Below are positions 37,797 to 46,195 of a DNA stretch of 50,913 nucleotides, in pieces (the first letter of the stretch is position 1; each line of letters opens with the position of its first letter). Below the pieces are notes generated by a model. The model was given only the letters and a program-made list of their open reading frames with translations, ran no database searches and was not told the origin of the DNA. The stretch lies in the sequence record MT074433.1. One strand, written 5' to 3'. The position numbers were made by a program, and so were the translations under genes. Source of the stretch: Salmonella phage slyngel.

Positions 37797-38284
37797 TGAG
37801 TATAAAACAAAGAGTGACCGCTGCGGCTTTTGGTGTTGCTCTTGCCCTTACTTCTCCGCTACTGGAGGAAATAGAAGGAGTAAAATATAAGCCGTACAAA
37901 GATATTGCTGGAATATGGACGGTTTGCGCCGGAATAACTGGACCTGACGTAATACCAGGTAAAACGTACACACAGAGAGAGTGTGATGCGCTACTGGTGA
38001 AGCATATCAAGATCGCAAAGGATGAAGTTGATAAACGTGTGAAGGTTGAGATTCCTGATACAATGCGCGCAGCGATGTATTCATTCACATACAATGCTGG
38101 CACTGGTGCTTTTAGAAATTCAACCATTCTTAAGCTGATTAATAACGGTCGTTATATGGAAGCGTGCAATCAGTTATGGCGATGGACAAAATACACCAAT
38201 CCAAAAACAGGAAAGAAAGAAACATCTAAAGGACTGCGCAACCGCCGCGCGGTGGAATTTAAATATTGCATTAAGGATCTGTAA
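37796..38284 (+). CDS. endolysin (glycoside hydrolase lysozyme, possible SAR)
   Basis: [35 protein letters not shown]: catalytic E plus T4/P21-type context. Confidence 0.9.
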   Translation: MSIKQRVTAAAFGVALALTSPLLEEIEGVKYKPYKDIAGIWTVCAGITGPDVIPGKTYTQRECDALLVKHIKIAKDEVDKRVKVEIPDTMRAAMYSFTYNAGTGAFRNSTILKLINNGRYMEACNQLWRWTKYTNPKTGKKETSKGLRNRRAVEFKYCIKDL

Positions 38285-38286
38285 TC

Positions 38287-38673
38287 ATGAGAAAGTTATC
38301 AGCAATCGCGATCGCTGTTATTTTGTCTGGATGTTCAAGCGTTACGCCACTGACAGGATTAATCGGTAGTAAGCCGGAAATCACAGCACAGGCAGGAGCG
38401 GAGAACGTAAAGCAGACCGTTGGCCTGACAGCAAAACAGGACGCAAGCAACAAGCAGGATACAACCATTAAAGAGTCGAAAGTTGACACGGTTGACACTT
38501 CAAACAAAAAGGAGATCAAAACGTCAACCATTCAGGCTAACACCATCAAGGCTGATAAAATCCAGGTCGTGCAGGGCAATAACGGCAGATGGTACGATCC
38601 ATTAATCATATGCGTGGTTGTGTTAATTGTGCTGATTTGTCTTTACTGGAGAGAAAAGAAAAAGGAGGCTTAA
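38287..38673 (+). CDS. putative unimolecular spanin
   Basis: N-terminal lipobox LSGCSS plus C-terminal TM PLIICVVVLIVLICLYW. Confidence 0.7.
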   Translation: MRKLSAIAIAVILSGCSSVTPLTGLIGSKPEITAQAGAENVKQTVGLTAKQDASNKQDTTIKESKVDTVDTSNKKEIKTSTIQANTIKADKIQVVQGNNGRWYDPLIICVVVLIVLICLYWREKKKEA

Positions 38674-38687
38674 TGCCTCCTTTGTTT
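38661..38687. terminator. bidirectional terminator overlapping the spanin stop
   Basis: AAAGGAGGC-TTAAT-GCCTCCTTT, between convergent genes. Confidence 0.7.
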
Positions 38688-38908
38688 TATAGTGAATCCA
38701 TCAAATCTTGAAAGCTGTTTCCGCTATAATCATTCTCGACAAGAATGTAAGCACCTTTCTTCTTTATATCCCATAACATTTCATTGTATTCGTAACGATT
38801 TATTTCAAACGTGCTACCATCTTCTCTTGTCGCAGTTCCCTTGTCGTTGAAAACATCAAAAGTTACATTGATGATTTTTGTCTCTTTCTTTGTTACTTTG
38901 ATAGCCAT
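38687..38908 (-). CDS. hypothetical protein
   Basis: ORF; start MAIKVTKKE favoured. Confidence 0.6.
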   Translation of the reverse strand: MAIKVTKKETKIINVTFDVFNDKGTATREDGSTFEINRYEYNEMLWDIKKKGAYILVENDYSGNSFQDLMDSL

Positions 38909-38941
38909 TTTTAAAATCCTCATATTCGTTCCGATGAGACA

Positions 38942-38985
38942 AATATACCCGATACGAGATCGGGAGTTTTAACAAAAAGTGCTAT
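38942..38985 (-). promoter_or_regulatory. conserved phage promoter motif
   Basis: rc: AATAGCACTTTTTGTTAAAAC; TTGTTA-22 nt-TATATT. Confidence 0.78.
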
Positions 38986-39176
38986 TCGATACGCTTTACA
39001 GTAACCAACAAAACGCCGTCATCATCACACAAATTATGCTCTGATATGTTAAACGCTCGCATGTCAGAATGAATGAGCGTTAACATTGCGTGCATGAAGT
39101 CTTCATGTGAGATTGAACTTACGGCGCAGAACTTCAATATTTTGTCTATTAGCATTTGACGTAAACAGTTCTTCAT
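38982..39176 (-). CDS. hypothetical protein
   Basis: ORF, overlapping neighbour. Confidence 0.5.
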   Translation of the reverse strand: MKNCLRQMLIDKILKFCAVSSISHEDFMHAMLTLIHSDMRAFNISEHNLCDDDGVLLVTVKRIE

Positions 39177-39495
39177 CGCTCATTTCTCCGATCCGTAAAA
39201 CATCCCTAACCCATTCGTTTTGCATACCTTCCAGGCTGTAAAGTTCAAACGAGAAAGGGCGATTTGCGGATCCTTTCTTGCACCAGAACTTTCCACCAAC
39301 TCCATCAAGATAACCAGCGGTCATCATTCTTGCGCAAAACTCTTTTGAAACGGCAGTCGCAAACATTCTCGGCGTAAATCCTGCGGCCCTTGCGAGCCGC
39401 TCACATTCTCTATGCTGAAATATAAATCTCGCTATATGTTGACGTGTAAACCATTCGAATGACTCACACCAGCGATACAGATCCAGAAGAAACAT
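39103..39495 (-). CDS. hypothetical protein
   Basis: ORF directly downstream of the DUF3987 gene. Confidence 0.65.
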   Translation of the reverse strand: MFLLDLYRWCESFEWFTRQHIARFIFQHRECERLARAAGFTPRMFATAVSKEFCARMMTAGYLDGVGGKFWCKKGSANRPFSFELYSLEGMQNEWVRDVLRIGEMSDEELFTSNANRQNIEVLRRKFNLT

Positions 39496-39497
39496 AA

Positions 39498-41081
39498 TTA
39501 CCCCAGCAATGTTGGATTTACAAAAACAACGCCATTAATCACACAAATATAATTTCTTTCTTCAAGCATCGGCAGCAGTTGCGTTTCCATACGCTTCATT
39601 ACTCCAGCCTGGCCAACAAACGGCTTAACTTTTCGTGCAGCCTCATATATGGCGCGCACATTCAAGATCCCCTTGTTAGCCTTACCGTGTCGAGTGATAA
39701 TCTCGATTAGTTTACCCATCTCAGCATCATCACCAGCATAGCCAGAAGCGTTGGCGGCGCTAATGTATGTTTTGCTCAACTCGCTAAACATCAGTAGTGC
39801 TTCCTGAACGGTTTCAACTTCAATCTCTTTCGACTTCTGAGGGTATCCACCAGGATTAAACCAGTTGCGGATAGTGTGCAAAACTGAAGCAATCCTGATC
39901 ACCTGCTTATCCATTTTGCCAAGCGCGCCGCGCAGCATTGTATGCGAATACTTTCCGCCATCAGCAAGGTGCGGTTCCATCTCCTGACGAGCCATGTTAA
40001 GCACTCGCATTGCTGATTTGCTGATCTTAAGCTGGATGTTTGATTCACTCATGATGTTATGGATCAGCTTAAAATATTGGCTTTTCAGTTCTCCATCAAC
40101 AGGCTCATAAGTAGAATCACCGTTATCATCAACAAACTTTCGACGACCTAAAAATGATTCCTCACGCACAAGCAAATAACGCTCACTTACACCGATACCG
40201 CGCGATCCTGCATCCATGATGGCATTGATTGTTTCATCCTGGGCAATTACCGCCATACAGCCAAGAGCTTTAAAACTCATATTGTTGTCAGCGTTTGCAC
40301 GAGCTATAGAAACATGACCATGATCCCATGCTTTTAGCACAAGTTCGCTGTTGGTTTTACGTTCGCTATTGGCATATGTCAGACCTAAAAGGCTGTTAAT
40401 ACTCGTTGCCTCGTCTGAAATTACAGCAAAGTTACCCTGGCGATTATTGATTCTTGCAAGTCCTTCCGGCGTGGTGTCGGACACAGGGAAAACTATGTCA
40501 CACATCTTTTCCAGTTTTTCTTCCAGATTTTCTTTCTCCTGGTACAGAGATTCCATATCAGCGCCGGAGCGCTCGCTTTTCATCTCTTTTGCAAGACCTG
40601 CCAGCTTCGCTTGTATCTTTTTTCTTTCCTTCTTTCGCTGATCGTTAATTCTTTCCACTTCTGCAACCATTGGAGCAAGTGCCAGGCTGTTAACGGCAGA
40701 TTTACCAGTTGAAGGAGGCTGGCTTGTGACAACATAAAGAGCGGTCGGCTGATCCGTTCCGTGATACTCAACCGTGAAGCGTCCAAGCATTGCAGCAGAC
40801 ACGCAGCCGATAAAATGCATATATGCCGATGATTCAGGGAACTGAACTGATCGAGCAATGTTGCGCGCCAACTTACCAACAACATCAATATCATTGCCAA
40901 GAGAAATTATAGGGTAGCGATCGTTTCCGTTATTAACATCATTAACCTCACCCCAAAAGCTGGACGATTGACGGTATCCGTTTGCCTGAATGGACACGCG
41001 CACCGGAGACAATCCTTGTGCATCAGCTAATTCGATAATTTGTTTTGGTGTTAGTTTATTGGTTTCAAACGAAAAATTCAT
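39498..41081 (-). CDS. DUF3987-type replication protein
   Basis: TSQPPSTGKSAVNSLALAP Walker-like; VISDEATSINSLLG. Confidence 0.75.
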   Translation of the reverse strand: MNFSFETNKLTPKQIIELADAQGLSPVRVSIQANGYRQSSSFWGEVNDVNNGNDRYPIISLGNDIDVVGKLARNIARSVQFPESSAYMHFIGCVSAAMLGRFTVEYHGTDQPTALYVVTSQPPSTGKSAVNSLALAPMVAEVERINDQRKKERKKIQAKLAGLAKEMKSERSGADMESLYQEKENLEEKLEKMCDIVFPVSDTTPEGLARINNRQGNFAVISDEATSINSLLGLTYANSERKTNSELVLKAWDHGHVSIARANADNNMSFKALGCMAVIAQDETINAIMDAGSRGIGVSERYLLVREESFLGRRKFVDDNGDSTYEPVDGELKSQYFKLIHNIMSESNIQLKISKSAMRVLNMARQEMEPHLADGGKYSHTMLRGALGKMDKQVIRIASVLHTIRNWFNPGGYPQKSKEIEVETVQEALLMFSELSKTYISAANASGYAGDDAEMGKLIEIITRHGKANKGILNVRAIYEAARKVKPFVGQAGVMKRMETQLLPMLEERNYICVINGVVFVNPTLLG

Positions 41082-41109
41082 TGATGATAACTCCTTTTTT
41101 GATGCGGCA

Positions 41110-41154
41110 ATAATACCGCACCAATGCTACCCGCATTTAACAAAAAATGCTATT
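41110..41154 (-). promoter_or_regulatory. conserved phage promoter motif
   Basis: rc: AAATAGCATTTTTTGTTAAATG; TTGTTA-22 nt-TATTAT. Confidence 0.78.
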
Positions 41155-41371
41155 TGATCCGCTCTATACTAACTAAGATTTTTTCTGGTTCCCTTGCGCT
41201 ATGGCAATGCGCGGTTACGGAATCAGCAAAATCAAAATAAAGTGATTTGTGGTAAGAAAGACCAATCAGCCACCCAACCATTGTTTTCTTTATTGGCCTG
41301 ACTATATCGCCAGGCTTGAATGTTTTTGTTGCTGAATGAGTCACCTTATAGCGATATTCAGCCTTGATCAC
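41150..41371 (-). CDS. hypothetical protein
   Basis: ORF coupled to the upstream gene. Confidence 0.6.
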   Translation of the reverse strand: MIKAEYRYKVTHSATKTFKPGDIVRPIKKTMVGWLIGLSYHKSLYFDFADSVTAHCHSAREPEKILVSIERIK

Positions 41372-41754
41372 TTATACATAGCCTCAAACAAATGACAGCC
41401 ACCAGCGGAAAAGCCAACTTCTTCGCGGTATAGCGTCCAGCGGTCGCCAGCTTCATCAAAAACATAACCAGCAACAGCACCAAGCGCGCGGCCTTGCTCA
41501 ATCTGGTAGCGCTTTCCTTCTTTGAAATGCTTTTTACACGGGATCTTGTGATCTACAAAGGTGCATTTAATTGTTTTTGTCTTGATATGACGATAGTCAG
41601 ACTCAACAGCATTTTGCCACTTGCTACCCTTTGTAATGCTCTTTACCTGGAATTGTTCCAACTCGATCACATCATCGCTACCAGCAATTTTTTCGTATAC
41701 AGCTTTATAACGACCGTTCATCAAAACGTTGGTTTTATTGCAGATAACTTTCAT
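41368..41754 (-). CDS. hypothetical protein
   Basis: ORF with promoter motif upstream. Confidence 0.7.
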   Translation of the reverse strand: MKVICNKTNVLMNGRYKAVYEKIAGSDDVIELEQFQVKSITKGSKWQNAVESDYRHIKTKTIKCTFVDHKIPCKKHFKEGKRYQIEQGRALGAVAGYVFDEAGDRWTLYREEVGFSAGGCHLFEAMYK

Positions 41755-41785
41755 CGTTTATTTCTCCTTTCGTTTCGGTGAAGTG

Positions 41786-41831
41786 ATTATGCCAGGCTTT
41801 TACACCTGGCTTTTAACAAAAAGTGCTATTT
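41786..41831 (-). promoter_or_regulatory. conserved phage promoter motif
   Basis: rc: AAATAGCACTTTTTGTTAAAAG; TTGTTA-22 nt-CATAAT. Confidence 0.78.
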
Positions 41832-42536
41832 TGCGTTAGCTTCAAAGACGGCGCGAGCAAAACCTCGCGGAGTGAGGGAGCGGATCATCTTTGTGCGAGA
41901 TGATTTTCCGCCAGTTTTGGCCCAACCTGGATTATCCTTGTCGCCATCTTTAGGAATTATTGTTGCGCGCGGAGGAATAACAAATCCGTTTCCAGTCCAA
42001 AGGCATGTTTTCTTAAAGTACCGATCCCGCGCCGGAATAATATCAGGAAAGTCGGGATGTTTATCATCTTCCGGCAGATAGCCAGCATAATCGCACGGAT
42101 GGAACGTATAATCAGGCTTGCGCCATAGCGTTGACAACTTGCCAACCGGATTTTCGATCATGTAAGGAACACCGAAATAATCAGCGATATGCGCCGCTAT
42201 TTTGCAAGTGTCGGCGGCTTCATCCTGGAATTTTGGATTATCAACTCTCTTTTTAGCCCAATGGCGGGATCCGCTATTTGCAAGGTCAGTGCATGGAGGG
42301 AACGCCATAATAAAATCAGGCTTACCCCAATTTTCAAGTTTTGCGGTATATTTGAATAGATCATCAATCCACACATTAACATAAAAGATATTGTCATGGA
42401 TTATGCGCACTGATTGGTAATCGCCGTGATCTGCATCATCGTAATTAAAGCAAATGCATTTATATCCAGCGTCGGCCCAATCTTTAACGGCTTTACCAGA
42501 TCCATCAAACAAAGAGAATATTAAACCTTTATACAT
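41826..42536 (-). CDS. C5-cytosine DNA methyltransferase-like protein
   Basis: SLFDGSGKAVKDW, IMAFPPCTDLANSGSRHW, YMIENPVG. Confidence 0.75.
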   Translation of the reverse strand: MYKGLIFSLFDGSGKAVKDWADAGYKCICFNYDDADHGDYQSVRIIHDNIFYVNVWIDDLFKYTAKLENWGKPDFIMAFPPCTDLANSGSRHWAKKRVDNPKFQDEAADTCKIAAHIADYFGVPYMIENPVGKLSTLWRKPDYTFHPCDYAGYLPEDDKHPDFPDIIPARDRYFKKTCLWTGNGFVIPPRATIIPKDGDKDNPGWAKTGGKSSRTKMIRSLTPRGFARAVFEANAK

Positions 42537-42545
42537 TTCATCACC

Positions 42546-42770
42546 TCAAAACGGAAAGCATCGCTGGCAGTTAGGATCGAAGTTGCAGCCGCAATCATTG
42601 ACAATCATCGTTGGATCTGCAAATGCAGCGCCGCATTCGTGATCCATATCCATTTCACCCAACGCATCATCAAGCGTTATGATCTTATATGCAACTTCAA
42701 GAGCGGCCTCTTTATTCAGCCCAGCATCTTCCGCTTTTTGCAGTCGCTCAAAAAACCCGTCCTGACTCAT
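42546..42770 (-). CDS. hypothetical protein with C-terminal Cys cluster
   Basis: ORF from MSQDGFFERL; CGCNFDPNCQRC. Confidence 0.6.
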   Translation of the reverse strand: MSQDGFFERLQKAEDAGLNKEAALEVAYKIITLDDALGEMDMDHECGAAFADPTMIVNDCGCNFDPNCQRCFPF

Positions 42771-42880
42771 TTTATAAACTCCTTGATAACAATCAGAATA
42801 ATAGCAAGACCAGCAGTGACAACTAAAAGACCAGTAAGGCAAATCATCACACCAAATAAAATATCAAGAAATTTCATCAT
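42767..42880 (-). CDS. 37-aa membrane protein (below ORF-track cutoff)
   Basis: MMKFLDILFGVMICLTGLLVVTAGLAIILIVIKEFIK*; TGA/ATG overlap with the next gene. Confidence 0.6.
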   Translation of the reverse strand: MMKFLDILFGVMICLTGLLVVTAGLAIILIVIKEFIK

Positions 42881-42896
42881 TATTATCACCTTTATT

Positions 42897-42921
42897 TAAA
42901 GGGAGGCGAAAACCTCCCATT
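42897..42921 (-). terminator. terminator-like hairpin
   Basis: rc: GGGAGG-TTTTCG-CCTCCC-TTTAAAT. Confidence 0.6.
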
Positions 42922-42927
42922 GATTAA

Positions 42928-43155
42928 TCATACAGCCTTCCAGCTTTCAATAAACATGCTGTTTTCTTCCAGCAGTTTAATCAATTCTTCGCGTGTATAT
43001 TTGCGGATTTTACTACCTGGATGCGAGCCAACAACAAACACACCTTTACCACTCGTGATTGTTAACTGGTTGATTCCGCAAGATTTATCCATTTTCACTG
43101 CCACGCGGTGATGTGCATCAACAGTGTGAATGATGTTAGTTACTTTAGCTTTCAT
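42928..43155 (-). CDS. hypothetical protein
   Basis: ORF from MKAKVTNIIHTVDAHHRV. Confidence 0.65.
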   Translation of the reverse strand: MKAKVTNIIHTVDAHHRVAVKMDKSCGINQLTITSGKGVFVVGSHPGSKIRKYTREELIKLLEENSMFIESWKAV

Positions 43156-43185
43156 TATGCAATCCTCATTATATTTGGTGTGGTA

Positions 43186-43228
43186 ACTATACCAAGTTTG
43201 AGAAATATTGTTTAGCAATTCGTACTAT
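43186..43228 (-). promoter_or_regulatory. conserved phage promoter motif, GAATTG variant
   Basis: rc: ATAGTACGAATTGCTAAAC; TTGCTA-21 nt-TATAGT. Confidence 0.7.
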
Positions 43229-43329
43229 CAGTTGAAATAGCTATGGCGCTTTGCTCGCTTGCCGTCTCCGCCATAATGATCATTTGCAACAGCTACCATC
43301 TAGGCATTATGGAATGTTATTAGCTTCAT

Positions 43330-43611
43330 CTAATTAATACCAACAACGTTAAAACTTACAGCTTTTGTCGCGCTAAACACATACGCTTCAACAGCCTCAC
43401 CAAATACACGAATTTTTCCCTGGCCGTACTGCGCATTCATATTGCGCCAAACCGTCCTATTAGAACAGAACGCGCTACCAGTCTTGATAAGATTATCCAT
43501 CTCTTTTCTTAGATCATGATAATCAAGCCAGAATCTATAGGCGCGTTGTTTAATTAGTTGTGCCTTGATTGTTTCAGTTGAGTTTTTAAAATCGCTGTTT
43601 GTGTAGGCCAT
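43330..43611 (-). CDS. hypothetical protein
   Basis: ORF. Confidence 0.65.
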   Translation of the reverse strand: MAYTNSDFKNSTETIKAQLIKQRAYRFWLDYHDLRKEMDNLIKTGSAFCSNRTVWRNMNAQYGQGKIRVFGEAVEAYVFSATKAVSFNVVGIN

Positions 43612-43805
43612 TACACAACCTCCATAATAGTATTGAATCCACGCAGTTTGAAAGCATTGCCATGTTTAATAACGTTCCATGTCAGGCCTGAGTGATACGC
43701 AACCATATCCTCAAGATCAATAGTGATGATAGCGCCTTTCTTAAAGATTCCTTTCTCGTGAGTGGTGTCACGCTGTACAACTTTAACATCAACTTGATTT
43801 TCCAT
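43611..43805 (-). CDS. hypothetical protein
   Basis: ORF from MENQVDVKVVQRD. Confidence 0.65.
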   Translation of the reverse strand: MENQVDVKVVQRDTTHEKGIFKKGAIITIDLEDMVAYHSGLTWNVIKHGNAFKLRGFNTIMEVV

Positions 43806-43836
43806 CTTTAAATCCTCGTTCGTTGTCGATGGGTGT

Positions 43837-43882
43837 AATATACCATTCAGGCGCATACCGGTTTTAACAAAAAGTGCTATTT
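43837..43882 (-). promoter_or_regulatory. conserved phage promoter motif
   Basis: rc: AATAGCACTTTTTGTTAAAAC; TTGTTA-22 nt-TATATT. Confidence 0.78.
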
Positions 43883-44147
43883 AGTCCAGGAGTTCGATTT
43901 CGCGTTCTCCAGTTGACGGATTTACAATCCAGAATCCGAGCGGTTCGCTGTAAATACCGCCATAGAATCCAAGCGCCGCCAGATCTTCACCGTTAACAAA
44001 GGCCAGATTCCCGCTACGGCTTACGTGAGACACGTTGACGATAACCGGAAATGTGCGTTTTTTAAAATCAGGCCGCAGGGCGTAACATCCATTGTTAAGC
44101 AGTCGTGCTTTGCGTTTTACTGGAATAGGTGCATTGATTCGCGCCAT
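43881..44147 (-). CDS. hypothetical protein
   Basis: ORF from MARINAPIPV. Confidence 0.65.
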   Translation of the reverse strand: MARINAPIPVKRKARLLNNGCYALRPDFKKRTFPVIVNVSHVSRSGNLAFVNGEDLAALGFYGGIYSEPLGFWIVNPSTGEREIELLD

Positions 44148-44160
44148 CTTTATTTCTCCT

Positions 44161-44406
44161 TCATTGTTGATCGTGTTTAACCGCACTCAGAACATCACAT
44201 GATTCGTTAATAAATTTAGCCATGCGCTTATCATCACCAACAGGGATTAGCGCATTACACTCGCGTTTGCTACTGAATACCGTCACTTTATGAAACGATG
44301 CGAACGGCATCGACGGGAACTCGACTGTTTTCTTCAGGATCCGCAATCCCATCTTTTTGGCCCTTACCTGGGCCTCTGCAAGTTCAAAATCCACTTCATC
44401 AATCAT
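44161..44406 (-). CDS. hypothetical protein
   Basis: ORF. Confidence 0.6.
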   Translation of the reverse strand: MIDEVDFELAEAQVRAKKMGLRILKKTVEFPSMPFASFHKVTVFSSKRECNALIPVGDDKRMAKFINESCDVLSAVKHDQQ

Positions 44407-44675
44407 TTCTTGATCTCCTCAGCAATAAACTTCAGGACTTTGCGCAAAAACACTTCGTTGTTGATGGTCGCTGGCAATTCCTCTTTCACCTCTTGTGGCA
44501 GATAGATATTACCGTGCCAGGTTAAGCAATCGTAATTGATACGATAAGAGCAAAGCCACTCGCAATCGTTATCCGCTTCCCAAATGCAGAGTTGCAGAAC
44601 ATCGCCAAAATCTTCAACAGTCAGATCCAGACCGTGACGCTTTGCAAAGTTGAAAGTGGTTTTGCTGATGTTCAT
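44403..44675 (-). CDS. hypothetical protein
   Basis: ORF coupled to the next gene. Confidence 0.65.
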   Translation of the reverse strand: MNISKTTFNFAKRHGLDLTVEDFGDVLQLCIWEADNDCEWLCSYRINYDCLTWHGNIYLPQEVKEELPATINNEVFLRKVLKFIAEEIKK

Positions 44676-44712
44676 TGCTATCTCCTGATGGGTGTCTCGT
44701 TTCGATGTGTCT

Positions 44713-44757
44713 AATGTACCCGATCAGGGCAATTCAGTTTTAACAAAAAGTGCCATT
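44713..44757 (-). promoter_or_regulatory. conserved phage promoter motif
   Basis: rc: AAATGGCACTTTTTGTTAAAAC; TTGTTA-22 nt-TACATT. Confidence 0.72.
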
Positions 44758-45029
44758 TGCTGACTGGTCATTATTCCAGCTATTCCATTAATCAGGAATA
44801 ACAGGAATAAATCATTCGCGATCACCTGGATTGTGAGACTTTGAGTTTGATCAATTTTAATCAGTTGATTAACTTTTTGTGTGGAGGGGATAGAGAATCG
44901 CGGCCCTCTTGCGTCCTTTCCGGCAATCCTGGCGCGCACAACTGTTATTTCTGTTCCTTGCGTTATCTCAATCAAGCCTCCGCACTTTGAGATAACAGAA
45001 TCGGCGTTCATCAACAAAAAGAACAAAAT

Positions 45030-45235
45030 AAAATTTATATATATACCCATAAAATCAATAAGTTAGTTATATATGTATTTATATTTGTTATTTACTGTTG
45101 AGCTTGTTCTATGGGTATATGGTGGTGTGGTATTGTTTGTGGTGATATGTATGTGTGATTGTATATTTTTTAATCAGTGGTGATGTGTGGTGATTTTTGT
45201 ATGTATATATATCTGTATGGGTGAATCCTCCGTCA
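45030..45235. repeat. ori-like element copy B (AT-rich core plus G/T-rich tract)
   Basis: Homologous to 23449-23606; long C-poor tract at about 45111-45220. Confidence 0.7.
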
Positions 45236-45343
45236 ACCAAGTCAACAAGGTCATTTTTAACAGAAAAACCAATGACTTAACTGAAGCATTTTGTTATCTT
45301 TAAACGCGCCACATGCCAAAAATTGTTATTAAAACACAAAATA

Positions 45344-45372
45344 TATTGACATGTAGGAAAGGCAAAGCAATA
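45344..45372 (+). promoter_or_regulatory. sigma70-like promoter
   Basis: TTGACA-17 nt-AATAAT. Confidence 0.6.
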
Positions 45373-45410
45373 ATGCGCCCAGTTTAAACGAAACAAAAGG
45401 AGTAGGCGCC

Positions 45411-45896
45411 ATGAATGAAGAAAATATTAGTGTCATGTCGCGTAGTGAGTTCTGCGATATGCTTCGCGACTTGGGCGCGGCAATTGGTAGTGGTGAGCGT
45501 AATAATGTATTCATGCCAGCACTTTTTTTGTGCGCTAATGTGGAGAACGGCGAAGCAATTACGGCATCGTACATGCGCCAAGTTGTCAACCGTGTGCCAG
45601 AAGTAAAGCAAAAAGGCGTGATCAGCATTAAGCGAAAGGTGACTGATGAGGGTGATGGCTTTGTGTTTACGCTCACCGAAGCCAAAAGCAAGCCTCGCGT
45701 TCTGACTGGTGAAGAAATCGACGAGATCGCAGAAAAGCGCGCAGAGAAGGCGGTAAGCAAAATTCTTAATCACCTGGTAAACGTAATGCCAAATATCACA
45801 GACATGGAAGGCGACAAACTTGCTGGAGCGTGTGAGGCTATCGGGCGCTACCAGGATATGATTCGTAAACTCGCTGGAGGAAAAGAGGATGAATAA
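45411..45896 (+). CDS. hypothetical protein
   Basis: ORF with SD AAGGAG. Confidence 0.8.
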   Translation: MNEENISVMSRSEFCDMLRDLGAAIGSGERNNVFMPALFLCANVENGEAITASYMRQVVNRVPEVKQKGVISIKRKVTDEGDGFVFTLTEAKSKPRVLTGEEIDEIAEKRAEKAVSKILNHLVNVMPNITDMEGDKLAGACEAIGRYQDMIRKLAGGKEDE

Positions 45897-46149
45897 GGCA
45901 TTAATTGGAGTTTTGATTGCAATCACCACCCTGACCGGATGCGAGAAGGCTTCGGAATCAACAGTTGTCGTAGGAGTGGAGTCAGATTTTAAAGTCGGTC
46001 GCCTGTTTACTGTTGATGGATGCACTGCGTACCGATTCTATGACAACGGCAGAGCAATCTATTACACCAATTGTAAGGGCGCAACGGATAGTACATACAA
46101 CAGCGGCAAAAACGTAATGCACCAACAAGTCACAACAGATATTAAATAG
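45889..46149 (+). CDS. small lipoprotein
   Basis: MNKALIGVLIAITTLTGCEK lipobox. Confidence 0.75.
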   Translation: MNKALIGVLIAITTLTGCEKASESTVVVGVESDFKVGRLFTVDGCTAYRFYDNGRAIYYTNCKGATDSTYNSGKNVMHQQVTTDIK

Positions 46150-46189
46150 CACTTTTTGTTAAAACTCAAAAACGATAACCAGGCATAAT
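46146..46189 (+). promoter_or_regulatory. conserved phage promoter motif
   Basis: ATAGCACTTTTTGTTAAAAC; TTGTTA-22 nt-CATAAT. Confidence 0.8.
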
Positions 46190-46195
46190 ACACAC

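Noticed and set aside
44724-45050. - strand 108-aa ORF between element B and the accessory operon
   Set aside because: Its 3' end (MALFVKTELP) lies inside the conserved promoter motif and its 5' end in the AT-rich core; no SD. Not listed as a CDS, although a shorter real gene starting at MNADSV is possible.
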